Part shown: in pieces, positions 40,209-49,928 of the stretch
Numbering within the stretch: the stretch's first letter is position 1
How the letters are laid out: the number at the start of each line of letters is the position of its first letter
From: a virus
Lineage: Duplodnaviria; Caudoviricetes
Strand: one strand, 5' to 3'
Length of the DNA stretch: 64,000 nucleotides
Virus record (IMG/VR): IMGVR_UViG_3300031998_000010
The notes under the pieces: model-generated
What the model saw: the letters and a program-made list of their open reading frames with translations, nothing else
What the model was told of the DNA's origin: nothing
Database searches by the model: none
Program-made: the position numbers and the translations under genes

Positions 40209-40985
40209 TTAATCGGTTGTAAATATTATATGTTGTGAATCTTGTAAATCTATGTAACATCTTACTTTATTATTCCAAGCGGTGCGTTCTTCTGGGGTTA
40301 TATGTATAGCGGAATTTAAGATATGTTCAGTAGATTTTTCATCTACAAAAGGCATATCTATAAGATAAGAAGTCCCGTCTCCTATCTTCACTCCTGGAAT
40401 TTCATTACCTTGAGCATCTACGGCATGGTCGCTATAAACATAAATACACCCTCTTGTTGACATCAACTTAGGTTGACTATCCCAGTATTCTTGAGTACCA
40501 TATAATACTTCTTTTTCGTCTAACTCAGCTTTGTTCCATTGCTGTGTGGCAGAATCCCAAGCAAAATATGCAACACTACCCAAGTAATCATTTACTCTAA
40601 CTAATCTGCCATTAGGTATTTTAGTTTTATCAAGATTATCTCGTTGTGTTACTGTATCAACAGAAATAAATGTTCTATTGAGAGTTTCTGCATCTTCTTG
40701 TGTAAATACTGCGGTGTATCCGACAGCTTTACCATCATGGTAAGTAGAACCTAAAGTTTTTGATGTAGCTAAAGATACTGTAGTCAAGTCTACATAGGAT
40801 ACTGGGAGATTTTCGCCATTATGTATTGCAGAAAAATACCAATCATGAAATTGCGAATTATTAAATATAAACCAGCCATAATGCACCACCCATTTAACAT
40901 TAGGGTGATTAGTCATAGTAACTAAATCACCATCATATAATCTAATATTGGTAGATGGGATAACTATAGACTTCTTTTCTGACAT
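40209..40985 (-). CDS. GWY-repeat family protein
   Basis: IPSTNIRLYDGD..LNRTFI..QRDN shared with 36572-38005; KIGDG motif. Confidence 0.7.
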   Translation of the reverse strand: MSEKKSIVIPSTNIRLYDGDLVTMTNHPNVKWVVHYGWFIFNNSQFHDWYFSAIHNGENLPVSYVDLTTVSLATSKTLGSTYHDGKAVGYTAVFTQEDAETLNRTFISVDTVTQRDNLDKTKIPNGRLVRVNDYLGSVAYFAWDSATQQWNKAELDEKEVLYGTQEYWDSQPKLMSTRGCIYVYSDHAVDAQGNEIPGVKIGDGTSYLIDMPFVDEKSTEHILNSAIHITPEERTAWNNKVRCYIDLQDSQHIIFTTD

Positions 40986-41003
40986 AATAACAGATAAATC
41001 CTA

Positions 41004-41237
41004 TCAACCTGTTGTTATAATATAAATATCATCTAAATCTATCTTAAAAATAGGTTTAATCTCTTGACCAGATTCAGCTTCAAGATACCAACCGCATACC
41101 GACCTATTCCCACCAAAAGAATACCACCCGAATCTGACAATCCAAACTTTAGCATCAAATCTTCCGATTTGAATTTTATTCCCAGGTGATATAGTCGTAT
41201 TAGCATTAGGAACTTCTAAAGTCATTTGTGTTGGCAT
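41004..41237 (-). CDS. single-domain GWY-repeat protein
   Basis: Start moved to MPTQ (AGGAG RBS); WIVRFGWY..GWYL. Confidence 0.7.
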   Translation of the reverse strand: MPTQMTLEVPNANTTISPGNKIQIGRFDAKVWIVRFGWYSFGGNRSVCGWYLEAESGQEIKPIFKIDLDDIYIITTG

Positions 41238-41277
41238 ATTGAATCTCCTATTTATAAATATATTACATCTATTATAC

Positions 41278-41283
41278 AAGGTT
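41278..41283 (-). promoter_or_regulatory. class B motif AACCTT
   Basis: TAACCTTGTATAA right after a terminator. Confidence 0.6.
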
Positions 41284-41315
41284 AAAGAAACCTCGGTACA
41301 TTTAGTGTACCGAGG
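41284..41315 (-). terminator. intrinsic terminator
   Basis: CCTCGGTACA/TGTACCGAGG stem followed by UUUCUUU. Confidence 0.8.
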
Positions 41316-41352
41316 CTCTCGATGAAAGGAAGTAAGAATGATGGGTAGTGTC

Positions 41353-42117
41353 TTAATCAGAATTTTCCTCTGGATTTGGCTCTGGTTCAGGGTCAAATAA
41401 AGGAACTAAAAGATTAGTTTCCAAAGAAAGATATTCTTGACCATTATAAGTTATAATATTAAATTTATCTGTGATAAGCGGTGATATACCACTCGTAGAC
41501 CCACTCGGAATTTGATGTGTTTGACTTACTGTCGATGAATTAAAAAAGTTCTTATCTTCAATTCGTGTGATTACTTTGCCACTTGGGTCGAATAAAACAT
41601 CAGTACAATATTCCAAGGTATCTTCTCCGAATTCATTTTGAGGAGCAACATAATTAAGCATTTTACCATGTTTATATGCGGCTCCTGTTTCTTTGTTACG
41701 AAGAAGATATTCATAAATATGAATATCAGAACCACTACCACCACTCCTCGAAAGCCAGCCTTCATAGTCCCCAGTGTCTAACTTTTCATAGAGATAACTG
41801 AATTTTGCACCACCGCCAAACCATTGAGCAGAATAATCATAAAAGAATAATAATGTATCAGAATACACTAAAACCCATACCATAGGATTACCCCAGTTCA
41901 CCAAGGAATCCTCTTTAGTTGTCCCATCTATTGTAATGTAAGTAAATCCTCTATCTTCTACAGTGATTTTTAAATTAGTACTGTCATCTACTACAAGCTC
42001 TACTCCATTATCTATATTTGTAACAGATAAAAATGGGCAGGATACATCTTCGAAAAATTCCTGTATTTCAGGGACTCTCTGTTCTATAACGCTATTCATA
42101 TATTTATAAGTAGCCAT
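41353..42117 (-). CDS. hypothetical protein, paralog triplet member 1
   Basis: Shares YSDTL.F, YLYE..YEGW, D.NF.. and acidic tail with the next two ORFs. Confidence 0.75.
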   Translation of the reverse strand: MATYKYMNSVIEQRVPEIQEFFEDVSCPFLSVTNIDNGVELVVDDSTNLKITVEDRGFTYITIDGTTKEDSLVNWGNPMVWVLVYSDTLLFFYDYSAQWFGGGAKFSYLYEKLDTGDYEGWLSRSGGSGSDIHIYEYLLRNKETGAAYKHGKMLNYVAPQNEFGEDTLEYCTDVLFDPSGKVITRIEDKNFFNSSTVSQTHQIPSGSTSGISPLITDKFNIITYNGQEYLSLETNLLVPLFDPEPEPNPEENSD

Positions 42118-42119
42118 AT

Positions 42120-42893
42120 TTATTCCTCAGAATCTTCGTCTTCAGGTTGTTCATATTCATAATCTTCTGCAGGTTCTAATTCTACCAATGTATTTGTATC
42201 AATAGCATAATGTCGTGTTTCTTCAAAGGATACAATTGCATCAACTGGGACATTAGAGCAAGATAAAAAATTATTATCTGCATAAGGAGTAATAACCCAT
42301 TTATTTTCGTCTGCGTCATATCTAAATATTCTGCTATAAGTATAATCTATAGTTTTGAACTTTGTTTTATAAGGCAACATAGGAAAATGTCTTAATTTAT
42401 CTTCCTCATTATCTCTTTCTTTTAATTCTAAACTTTGAAGATATGAACCTCCGTCCCAGCCTTCATACTGCTTGACTACAAATAACCCTTCGGGAGAAAA
42501 AGTTTCTACAATCTCATAAATATAAGTAAAACATCTACTATTATCAAATGCGTGAGCAATATAGAACAGCGTATCTGAATAAAGTATCCAAGTTGTAACG
42601 GTGTGACCATATTCACTAATATTTGTAAAATGTTCGTCGTTTACCTGTAATTCAATACCACTTCTACTATACACATAAGTAATTGTAGTTTTTTCTTCAG
42701 ATTCTTCATCTTCCGCTATTGTCATAATGGTTTTATTTTCAGCAGATTTATATTCAATACTAACCAATGGACAATCTATTTGAGCTAGGATAGCGTCAAA
42801 TAGTTCACTATAACAATAGGGATACCATTCATCATTACCTTCTTCAACTGCAGGAGTTGGTATTATACTTGTTTTTAACCAAATAGCTGGCAT
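42120..42893 (-). CDS. hypothetical protein, paralog triplet member 2
   Basis: YSDTLFY, YIYE..YEGW, DNNFLSC. Confidence 0.75.
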   Translation of the reverse strand: MPAIWLKTSIIPTPAVEEGNDEWYPYCYSELFDAILAQIDCPLVSIEYKSAENKTIMTIAEDEESEEKTTITYVYSRSGIELQVNDEHFTNISEYGHTVTTWILYSDTLFYIAHAFDNSRCFTYIYEIVETFSPEGLFVVKQYEGWDGGSYLQSLELKERDNEEDKLRHFPMLPYKTKFKTIDYTYSRIFRYDADENKWVITPYADNNFLSCSNVPVDAIVSFEETRHYAIDTNTLVELEPAEDYEYEQPEDEDSEE

Positions 42894-43561
42894 TATGATT
42901 CTTCTGTCTCCTCTTCAGCTTCGTCCCACATGGCTACTAATATATGTGGACTCATTGAATAATATTCATGCATATTAAAAACAACTACTTGGTCTTCGGT
43001 GACTTCTGTACAAGCGAAGAAATTTGGGTCTACCACAATTTTTGTATCGTTTTGAAATAAAACATCTGAAGTATATAGAATAGTCCCTGGCTCTGTATTG
43101 AAATTTAATCGGGCATTATGAGTATATTGATATCCAGTTTCTTTATCTATAATCGCACCTATCGTACCAAATGAAGTAGTAATATCATTTCTAATCTTTG
43201 TATCCCATTTATATAAATGCATACCACCGACAAGTTCATAAAAGAATCTCCAACTTGCACGAGCATGGTCATAATAACCAGCATTATCAAGAATAGTAAA
43301 CCAAACAAAATCTGGGCTACATACGCAAGTAACAATTGCACCATATGTATTAAGTTCAGACGAAACAGCTGTAGGTTCGTCATTGACATACAGTTCCATC
43401 TGTCGAAGATTACCTTCACCTACGAACTTAAATCGGAACACATCACTTATACAGATAAAACCTTCTTCATCTACAGTTAATAATTCGCAATTCATGCTTT
43501 CAGCGAAATAAATCCAAGCATCCATATCTAGACCGAGTTGTGTTCGCTTAATATCTGCCAT
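42893..43561 (-). CDS. hypothetical protein, paralog triplet member 3
   Basis: FFYE, KETG..Y.H..LN, TSDVLF, DPNFFAC. Confidence 0.75.
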   Translation of the reverse strand: MADIKRTQLGLDMDAWIYFAESMNCELLTVDEEGFICISDVFRFKFVGEGNLRQMELYVNDEPTAVSSELNTYGAIVTCVCSPDFVWFTILDNAGYYDHARASWRFFYELVGGMHLYKWDTKIRNDITTSFGTIGAIIDKETGYQYTHNARLNFNTEPGTILYTSDVLFQNDTKIVVDPNFFACTEVTEDQVVVFNMHEYYSMSPHILVAMWDEAEEETEES

Positions 43562-43563
43562 AA

Positions 43564-43923
43564 TTATTCCTCGTCTAAAGGTCGAATTTCTTCAATAACA
43601 GCTTCTTGAATATCAACTTCCAAAGAAGCCAAGCCAATACCACTATAAGCTCTTAATTTTTCTGTCAAAACATCAAGAGCTGTCTGAACATTCGTGGCAT
43701 CAAGTTCACTTGTAGTATTATCATAACTAACTTCAGAGGCTCTAACTTTTTTGCCACCACCGCCTCCACCTCCTGAAGTTCCGAGGTAATCGGCTAATTC
43801 ATTAAGAGTAACACTACGGGTGATATACTTATTGTTGGCTTTTTGCTCAAGAACGAATACATCTTCACCTTCAAGATTAGTTGTTAAACCTATTTTATTT
43901 ATTTGTACTTTATCATTTGGCAT
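43564..43923 (-). CDS. small structural-type protein, paralog of 43943-44242
   Basis: EDVFV.E.K..NKYIT.SVTL..GGGGK..ASEVSY.N..SELDAT.VQ.A.D.L. Confidence 0.75.
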   Translation of the reverse strand: MPNDKVQINKIGLTTNLEGEDVFVLEQKANNKYITRSVTLNELADYLGTSGGGGGGGKKVRASEVSYDNTTSELDATNVQTALDVLTEKLRAYSGIGLASLEVDIQEAVIEEIRPLDEE

Positions 43924-43942
43924 TTGAATTTATCCTTATATT

Positions 43943-44242
43943 TTACTCATCACTAACTTCTTTTAATTTTTCAGCTAATTCATCAATCGCCTTCTGGACA
44001 TCAGTGGCATCTAATTCACTAATAGCGTTAGAATAGCTGACCTCACGTGCTTTAATATCAGTAGGTTTTCCGCCACCTCCGCTTTGACTAGAAGCGTCAA
44101 GATATTCGTACAACTGCTGTAGAGTGACACTATAAGTTATGTATTTGTTTTCTACTTTTTTCTCAAATACAAATACATCTTCATCGCCAACACTTGCAGT
44201 TCTTCCAATCCTATGTATCGGAACTTTATTATATTTTGCCAT
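43943..44242 (-). CDS. small structural-type protein, paralog of 43564-43923
   Basis: Colinear similarity with its neighbour. Confidence 0.75.
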   Translation of the reverse strand: MAKYNKVPIHRIGRTASVGDEDVFVFEKKVENKYITYSVTLQQLYEYLDASSQSGGGGKPTDIKAREVSYSNAISELDATDVQKAIDELAEKLKEVSDE

Positions 44243-44284
44243 GCAGTGTCACTCCTCTAACTATCCTTTCTGTATAAATTATAC

Positions 44285-44290
44285 AAGGTT
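44285..44290 (-). promoter_or_regulatory. class B motif AACCTT
   Basis: AAACCTTGTATAA right after a terminator, heading the structural block. Confidence 0.6.
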
Positions 44291-44291
44291 T

Positions 44292-44329
44292 AAAATAGCC
44301 GCCACCTGAATGAGAAAAGAGGTGGCGGC
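44292..44329 (-). terminator. intrinsic terminator
   Basis: GCCGCCACCT/AGGTGGCGGC stem followed by UAUUUU. Confidence 0.8.
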
Positions 44330-44361
44330 CGGAGGTATGAACTATAGCCCAAGCAAAGCTA

Positions 44362-44517
44362 TTAGTTGGTTGAATTTAATTTTTCGTGTTCACGAAAATA
44401 TCGTTGAGAATCATTGCTGGTAGGTTCTACTTCTCTAGGTCGCATCTTAATCATAGTTGAATTTGGCTGCACTAGAGTTACATCTTCTGTGGCTATCACT
44501 ATTTTATTATCTTCCAT
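44362..44517 (-). CDS. small hypothetical protein (MEDNKIV..)
   Basis: GAGGAGG RBS before ATG 44517. Confidence 0.6.
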   Translation of the reverse strand: MEDNKIVIATEDVTLVQPNSTMIKMRPREVEPTSNDSQRYFREHEKLNSTN

Positions 44518-44641
44518 AATTTCCTCCTCAAAAGAATATGAATGGCAAATAATCAAGACATAAGATTACTACTCCGCATAGGGCAATAAGTAATATTATA
44601 AATGCAAATATTTCTGAAAAGAATTCATTCATAATTTTGCT

Positions 44642-44815
44642 TTATTCCCACTTTTTTGCTAATCCTGCTTGAAATCCTTTGTAGTAATCATCAGGAATTT
44701 CTGTAGGCTGAGAATCAATAACAAGTAATGCTTCTTCAATAGAATGGCATTTTGAAATTGCAATCTTAACTTTATCTCGACTAATCAAATCACCTTTGAG
44801 ATTGGTCTCTGTCAT
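44642..44815 (-). CDS. small phage protein (DLISR..QPT motif)
   Basis: GAGGAG RBS before MTETN. Confidence 0.65.
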   Translation of the reverse strand: MTETNLKGDLISRDKVKIAISKCHSIEEALLVIDSQPTEIPDDYYKGFQAGLAKKWE

Positions 44816-45134
44816 ATGTTTTCTCCTCGTCTTCAAGTTCAGCAAGCTGTTCTTCTATATGTTCTTTCCAGCTATTGAAAGCTACTTTGTCTAACATGAA
44901 ATCGTTGTCCATTTCATCTAAATATCCTTTTGCTAAAAGAATAAAACAAAGTTTGGCTACTAAATCTTGTTCAACATCTTCATACTTAGACTTCAAATCA
45001 GAGTCAGATATGCGAATTCCTTTAACTCCAATCTGGCCTATCATTTTTATCAAGAATGCAGTCAAAACAATAAAGGAAATTAATGTTCCAATAACACAAC
45101 CTCCTAAGAATACTTGCCAAGGTTCTAGATACAT
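44790..45134 (-). CDS. membrane protein (start moved to MYLEPW)
   Basis: AAAGGAG RBS, one TM helix; the upstream part of the track ORF is the tRNA. Confidence 0.7.
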   Translation of the reverse strand: MYLEPWQVFLGGCVIGTLISFIVLTAFLIKMIGQIGVKGIRISDSDLKSKYEDVEQDLVAKLCFILLAKGYLDEMDNDFMLDKVAFNSWKEHIEEQLAELEDEEKTYDRDQSQR

Positions 45135-45157
45135 CTGAACTCCTTTGAAATATGTAT

Positions 45158-45232
45158 TGGTTGAGGATGCAGGAGTTGAACCTGCCCCTACGGTGTCAAA
45201 GACCGCTGTACGAACCGATATACGAATCCTCA
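45158..45232 (-). tRNA. tRNA-Gln (UUG)
   Basis: TGAGGAT/ATCCTCA acceptor stem, GCGGT-CTTTGAC-ACCGT anticodon arm, GCAGG-TTCAACT-CCTGC T arm, encoded CCA. Confidence 0.92.
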
Positions 45233-45241
45233 ATATCTAGA

Positions 45242-45247
45242 AAGGTT
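45242..45247 (-). promoter_or_regulatory. class B motif AACCTT
   Basis: 9 nt before the tRNA 5' end, inside a 10-bp inverted repeat. Confidence 0.4.
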
Positions 45248-45271
45248 ATCATTAACCTTTCTCAATAGAAT

Positions 45272-45278
45272 AACGATT
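45272..45278 (-). promoter_or_regulatory. class A motif AATCGTT(A)
   Basis: Upstream of tRNA-Gln. Confidence 0.7.
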
Positions 45279-45888
45279 AAGAATTTGGTAACTTTATCTT
45301 GCCGAAAGCCATCTTGTAAATTTCCATTCCATTTGATAACTTTCTTGTATAGTGTAAGTTATCATTAGCAATTTCCATGTCCTTGAAAACATGAGCTTCT
45401 TGTAATATTTCAGGTTCAATAATATACTTGCTTGAGAAGTTATTTCTTATTAATCCTTCGAGGGCTCCACTAGCTTCAATCCAACCATGCTTCAGAGTCC
45501 AACCAAGCTGTTGCTTAAGGGCATCACTTGCACGAAGTTTCTTTGTCTTCCTTTCTTCTTCGTCATCAATACCATAGTATCTATTATTTCCGGCACCAAC
45601 TAACTTGATACCAAACTTCTGCTTAAATACACTCACAGTATATACTTTTGAGATGTCAAAATCATCCATATTCTCAAGCTTGCCGTCATATGTAATATAC
45701 CATAAAAAGGAATTATCGATGAAATCATATTCATCATCAAATGAGTGGAAACCTCCAATATACTTATAAGCAGTATTTAAGAATTCAAATGTATCGGAAC
45801 TCAGCATCTGCTTAATCTTCCTATCAGTAATGAGATGATGTGATGCAGTGATTGCTGTAGAATTAGGACTTACTCTGTAGATTTTCAT
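45277..45888 (-). CDS. hypothetical protein with MKIY..ITAS leader
   Basis: 203 aa, ATGA-coupled. Confidence 0.75.
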   Translation of the reverse strand: MKIYRVSPNSTAITASHHLITDRKIKQMLSSDTFEFLNTAYKYIGGFHSFDDEYDFIDNSFLWYITYDGKLENMDDFDISKVYTVSVFKQKFGIKLVGAGNNRYYGIDDEEERKTKKLRASDALKQQLGWTLKHGWIEASGALEGLIRNNFSSKYIIEPEILQEAHVFKDMEIANDNLHYTRKLSNGMEIYKMAFGKIKLPNS

Positions 45889-46406
45889 TTTAACTGCTCC
45901 TTAAACCAAAGTTCGTACTGTTCTCCGCTAAGTGAATGTCCACCATTAATTATAGTAATTCTATTATGCGAAGGATTCAATGTATTCAAGGTTTTCTGGA
46001 TATCAAGTACTTCGTCGGAATCACCTAGAAGTAAGCTATAATTAAAGTTAGTACCTGAATATCTTGTCCAAATACTTCTTAAATCATCAGTAAACATATA
46101 ATCTGAAACTAATTCAGGAATATATTCATAAGGAGGAATACACGGATTAACCAATAAGGTCTTAGCTCCCAATGCTGCACCATAAACATAAGCAAAAAAT
46201 CCACCAAAGGAATTTCCTACAATTATATCAGGTTTAGTACATTCGTGAATTAAATTGAGCAAGAGGACTGACGGTGATATATTCTCGTAATCAATCTGAG
46301 GAGATATGATTTCTACATCATCTCTGTCTTTGAAGTACTCTACTAATGTGTTGTAATTAGTATTGTGACTTGAACCGTTAAGTCCGTGAAGATTGAGGAT
46401 TTTCAT
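45885..46406 (-). CDS. YqiA/UPF0227-like alpha/beta hydrolase (esterase)
   Basis: LHGLNGS, GNSFGG nucleophile elbow, LVNP, DEVLD, GGH. Confidence 0.85.
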   Translation of the reverse strand: MKILNLHGLNGSSHNTNYNTLVEYFKDRDDVEIISPQIDYENISPSVLLLNLIHECTKPDIIVGNSFGGFFAYVYGAALGAKTLLVNPCIPPYEYIPELVSDYMFTDDLRSIWTRYSGTNFNYSLLLGDSDEVLDIQKTLNTLNPSHNRITIINGGHSLSGEQYELWFKEQLK

Positions 46407-46430
46407 ATTTGTCACCTCCTTGGTCGCTTA

Positions 46431-46646
46431 CTATAACGATTCTTGTTTTACTTCTTTGCTTTCTCCTCTTCCACAAACATGTTCACCTCGATGAATTCCT
46501 ATCACAGATTCAACATTTACACAGTAGTAGTTATCATGTCTTGCATCAACAGGCAAAGAGTGCTTGCAAGATTTGCAAGGCACTCCTTCCGGTATGTAAT
46601 CTATCATCTTAGGTCGTCTTTTTTGTTCTTCGTCTTCTCTACTCAT
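46431..46646 (-). CDS. small Cys-rich protein
   Basis: CKSCKH..YC..C. Confidence 0.6.
   Translation of the reverse strand: MSREDEEQKRRPKMIDYIPEGVPCKSCKHSLPVDARHDNYYCVNVESVIGIHRGEHVCGRGESKEVKQESL
46435..46441 (-). promoter_or_regulatory. class A motif AATCGTT(A)
   Basis: Upstream of AAGGAGGTGA and ATG 46406. Confidence 0.7.
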
Positions 46647-46647
46647 A

Positions 46648-47568
46648 TCACAATGTAGCTACTCTGTTAAAAATCTGATTAAGTGCAATAGATAAGAAAG
46701 TTGTATTGACAAACATTGCATCTGCAGAAGATTTTCTTTGTCCCTGATGATGAGTGAGATAGTCTGCTGCACCATTGATTGCACCCCAAGCAGTTCCCTT
46801 AAAATTCTGATTATCCTCTGAGTTGTAGCAACTGATAAATTCTGCTCTATTCATATCAAAATTAGTTACCTGACGATTTGTCATCTTTTCGGGGTCATAC
46901 TTGAATACATCATTAAAAATCTTAATCAGCTGGTCCTGTGTAATCTTCTTAGTTGCAAGCTCAGTTGCTGTATCTTCGAATGTAGACATATAAGAAGCAA
47001 CTTCCTGCATCATATTCCTTGCAGTCATCAATCTTGTATCCATCTGAGAAGAATGCACAATTCTAACTGTATTAGAAGCTTCTCTAAAAGCAATATTGAA
47101 CTGATTCTGACAAACAATTCTCAGAGGAGAAATAGTAGCTTTTACTGAATTCATACCATCGTGAGAATTCTGGAAGATGATATAAGGAGTAACTGTGTCT
47201 CCCATAAGAGTTATATCAGGAATCTTGGAAATGATGTAGACAAGACCACTGCTGCTTCCATTAGAAATTTCTCCGGCCTTGACATATTCAAAACCCTCAT
47301 TATCATTTCCAATGTAATCTATGAAGTTGAAAGCGTCACGATTCTGACAAATTTCATACTTAGAAGAAACTACACCAAATACATTGCCTGTAGATTCATT
47401 AACTGTAAGAACCTTATCAGGATAATCATAGAATGTACCGTCATCACCCTGATACTTGATGCTCTTCTTGATTACATTGTAGTTAAGTCCTGCCTTATTG
47501 AGGACTTCTTCAGAAGAATTACAAGATGAAATATCTGTTCCAATGTTTGCAAATGTTGATGTTCTCAT
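46648..47568 (-). CDS. DUF932/DUF945-family phage/plasmid protein
   Basis: AGLNY.V, GVVS.KY..QNRDAF, NSHDG, PLRIVCQNQ, GTAWGAING..DYLTH. Confidence 0.8.
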   Translation of the reverse strand: MRTSTFANIGTDISSCNSSEEVLNKAGLNYNVIKKSIKYQGDDGTFYDYPDKVLTVNESTGNVFGVVSSKYEICQNRDAFNFIDYIGNDNEGFEYVKAGEISNGSSSGLVYIISKIPDITLMGDTVTPYIIFQNSHDGMNSVKATISPLRIVCQNQFNIAFREASNTVRIVHSSQMDTRLMTARNMMQEVASYMSTFEDTATELATKKITQDQLIKIFNDVFKYDPEKMTNRQVTNFDMNRAEFISCYNSEDNQNFKGTAWGAINGAADYLTHHQGQRKSSADAMFVNTTFLSIALNQIFNRVATL

Positions 47569-47601
47569 GATTGATACCTCCGGTATTTTGATATGCAATA
47601 T

Positions 47602-47608
47602 AACGATT
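47602..47608 (-). promoter_or_regulatory. class A motif AATCGTT(A)
   Basis: Upstream of ATG 47568. Confidence 0.7.
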
Positions 47609-47622
47609 TAAACTAGTGTAAA

Positions 47623-48090
47623 TCAAATAGAGGACTTATCTTCCGGGATGACTTCATTCTTATCATTTCCGGCATTTTCAGCTTCAGCAGATGCATTAGC
47701 TTGCTGTAAAGAAACAAATAAAGCATGAGCAGCAGTAAGTATATTTGCAGTAAATGTTTCTAAATCAAATCCATTATCAGGATTGATAGAACTAAAAAGC
47801 AGTTTAGCTGCCTCATCAATGATATCACTAACTTTAGTGCCATCTTGAATTTCTATATCTTTGTCTTTGTCTACATTTAAAATAACTTCTACTAAATCTC
47901 TATTTGCATATTTACAAGCGAGTGTGACACATTGATAGAGTGATAACAAATTTCCTGTCATCTGAAAATTAGACAACTCAATCATGGCCTGTCTGCCTGC
48001 AGCCTTTCTATCGTCTTTGACGAATTCTCCCTTATCATCCTGAGATACATCAGGCATAAAAGGAACAAACATGTCGTAATAAAGTTTCAT
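47623..48090 (-). CDS. hypothetical protein
   Basis: 155 aa, AGGAGG RBS. Confidence 0.75.
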   Translation of the reverse strand: MKLYYDMFVPFMPDVSQDDKGEFVKDDRKAAGRQAMIELSNFQMTGNLLSLYQCVTLACKYANRDLVEVILNVDKDKDIEIQDGTKVSDIIDEAAKLLFSSINPDNGFDLETFTANILTAAHALFVSLQQANASAEAENAGNDKNEVIPEDKSSI

Positions 48091-48110
48091 TTTTATATCC
48101 TCCTAATTTT

Positions 48111-49928
48111 TTAATTTTTACCAAATAAAATATCAAACAATTCTGGATGCTGTTTAAATGATAATTGATTATCGACTATGAATTTTGATATACCATCTTT
48201 GTCTTGAATCAGTTTATACACTTTTTCATCAACAGTGTCCTTAGTAATGATGCTGTATACATTTACAGTAGAAGTAGTTCCGGTTCGATGACATCTATCC
48301 TCAGCTTGCTCCATTGTAGCAGGATTCCAAGGTAAATCATAGAAGATTACATTGTTGGCTACTGTAAGGGTATGTGATACTCCTAATGCACCAACTGTTC
48401 CTATAAGAATAGGGCAACTTGGGTCATTAATGAATTTCTGTTTATCTTGTTCTCTAACAGACTGTTCCATTGTTCCTGTATAACAACATACTTTATAATC
48501 TTTTGCTAGGAATCTATAAATTGTCCTTAGCGATTCAACCCAGTTAGAGAATATGACAACTTTCTCTCCATTTGCTATGATGTTGTTAACTAAATCTAGC
48601 AATCGAGCCATCTTAGAATTTTTAGTGAGATAAGATTTGTCTACTTTAAGGCCTTGGTCTACTAATTCAGGACTACCATTTACCTGCCTAAGTTTAAGCA
48701 TCTTAACCATTGGATTCTTTGACGATAAGATATCATCTCTATGATTGATTGTGTCAGTTAGAATCTTTTTGTAGAGCTTATCCTGATATGCTGTATTTTC
48801 TACATATTCTATAGTATGTAATTTTGGAGGCAAGTCTAATACTTCTGATTTCAATCTTCTTAGCATATTGCCTTGAAGCATCTGCTTTAGTTGAGGAATA
48901 TTCTTATATCCTATTATATCTCCAAAATTTCCATAAATACAGAAATTATCTCTCCAATTGTAGTAACTATTAAATGTATGGCCGTCAATTAATTTGAGAG
49001 GTGTAAATACATCAGTAGGTTTATTGACGATAGGCGTGCCTGTCATAGGCAACCATTCTACTTTAGCAGTACAGTCTTTCTTTAACTTAAGTATCTGCTT
49101 GCCCTGCTTGCTGAGCGGACTGCAGTTTTTGTGGACTTCGTCTAGTATCACCATTCCAATATAACCCTTATTCAAAAGAGTAGTCAATCTTTCTCTAAAT
49201 AAGTAATGTCTATCTTTCCTATAATGAAATGCTTCAATGTTTACAACTAAGAAGAAAGGTAAAAGAGGTTGGTCTTTCTTGCCATACATATGACCGCACA
49301 TCAGGTCTTGTAACTTTTCAGCTCCGCCTCCATCTGTTCTCACTGTACCGTCTCTTTTCAATCTAGAACCTAGAATGTAAGGGCTATATTCGCCATTAGT
49401 ATGTTTCTCAATATCAGCTACCCAGTTATACTTTGCAGAATTGACACATGCTATGATAAGGCAGTGTTTGATTTTATTTACTTTCTTATTGTATAATGCA
49501 AGATTCAATCCTTCAAGCGTCTTGCCCAAGCCCTGCTCATCTGCTAATAAGAAACCACTATAAAGACCTCTTTTCTGTCGGTCAATAGCAAATTTCATAA
49601 AATCTTTTTGATGTTGAAATACATTACTGCCTTCTTGAACATATAATTGTACTTTTGAAATATCAACATCAGGAATATTATTCTGACTTGTGGAATCTAG
49701 CGAAGCATTTTCATACAGATGCTCTGCAGAATATATTTTAAGTTGGTCTGAATACGGACTATTTTTAAATTGTTCAATCAAGAAACCTAATCTGTCAACA
49801 GGAATAGTCCAGTATTTTTGTTCCGGAACATATTGTCGTCCCGGAACATTTTTAACTAACTGAATTACCTCAGGATTATAACTAAACCTGATTTCGTAAA
49901 TATCCTGTTTCTGAACTACTGTAATCAT
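48111..49928 (-). CDS. SNF2-family helicase/ATPase with HARP-like N-terminus
   Basis: LADEQGLGKT, ILDEVH, MTGTPIVN, LRRLKSEVLDLPPK, WNPA..QAEDRCHRTG. Confidence 0.9.
   Translation of the reverse strand: MITVVQKQDIYEIRFSYNPEVIQLVKNVPGRQYVPEQKYWTIPVDRLGFLIEQFKNSPYSDQLKIYSAEHLYENASLDSTSQNNIPDVDISKVQLYVQEGSNVFQHQKDFMKFAIDRQKRGLYSGFLLADEQGLGKTLEGLNLALYNKKVNKIKHCLIIACVNSAKYNWVADIEKHTNGEYSPYILGSRLKRDGTVRTDGGGAEKLQDLMCGHMYGKKDQPLLPFFLVVNIEAFHYRKDRHYLFRERLTTLLNKGYIGMVILDEVHKNCSPLSKQGKQILKLKKDCTAKVEWLPMTGTPIVNKPTDVFTPLKLIDGHTFNSYYNWRDNFCIYGNFGDIIGYKNIPQLKQMLQGNMLRRLKSEVLDLPPKLHTIEYVENTAYQDKLYKKILTDTINHRDDILSSKNPMVKMLKLRQVNGSPELVDQGLKVDKSYLTKNSKMARLLDLVNNIIANGEKVVIFSNWVESLRTIYRFLAKDYKVCCYTGTMEQSVREQDKQKFINDPSCPILIGTVGALGVSHTLTVANNVIFYDLPWNPATMEQAEDRCHRTGTTSTVNVYSIITKDTVDEKVYKLIQDKDGISKFIVDNQLSFKQHPELFDILFGKN

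Noticed and set aside
45135-45233. N-terminal extension MRIRISVRTAV.. of ORF 44790-45233
   Set aside because: It is the tRNA-Gln sequence; the real start with an RBS is at 45134
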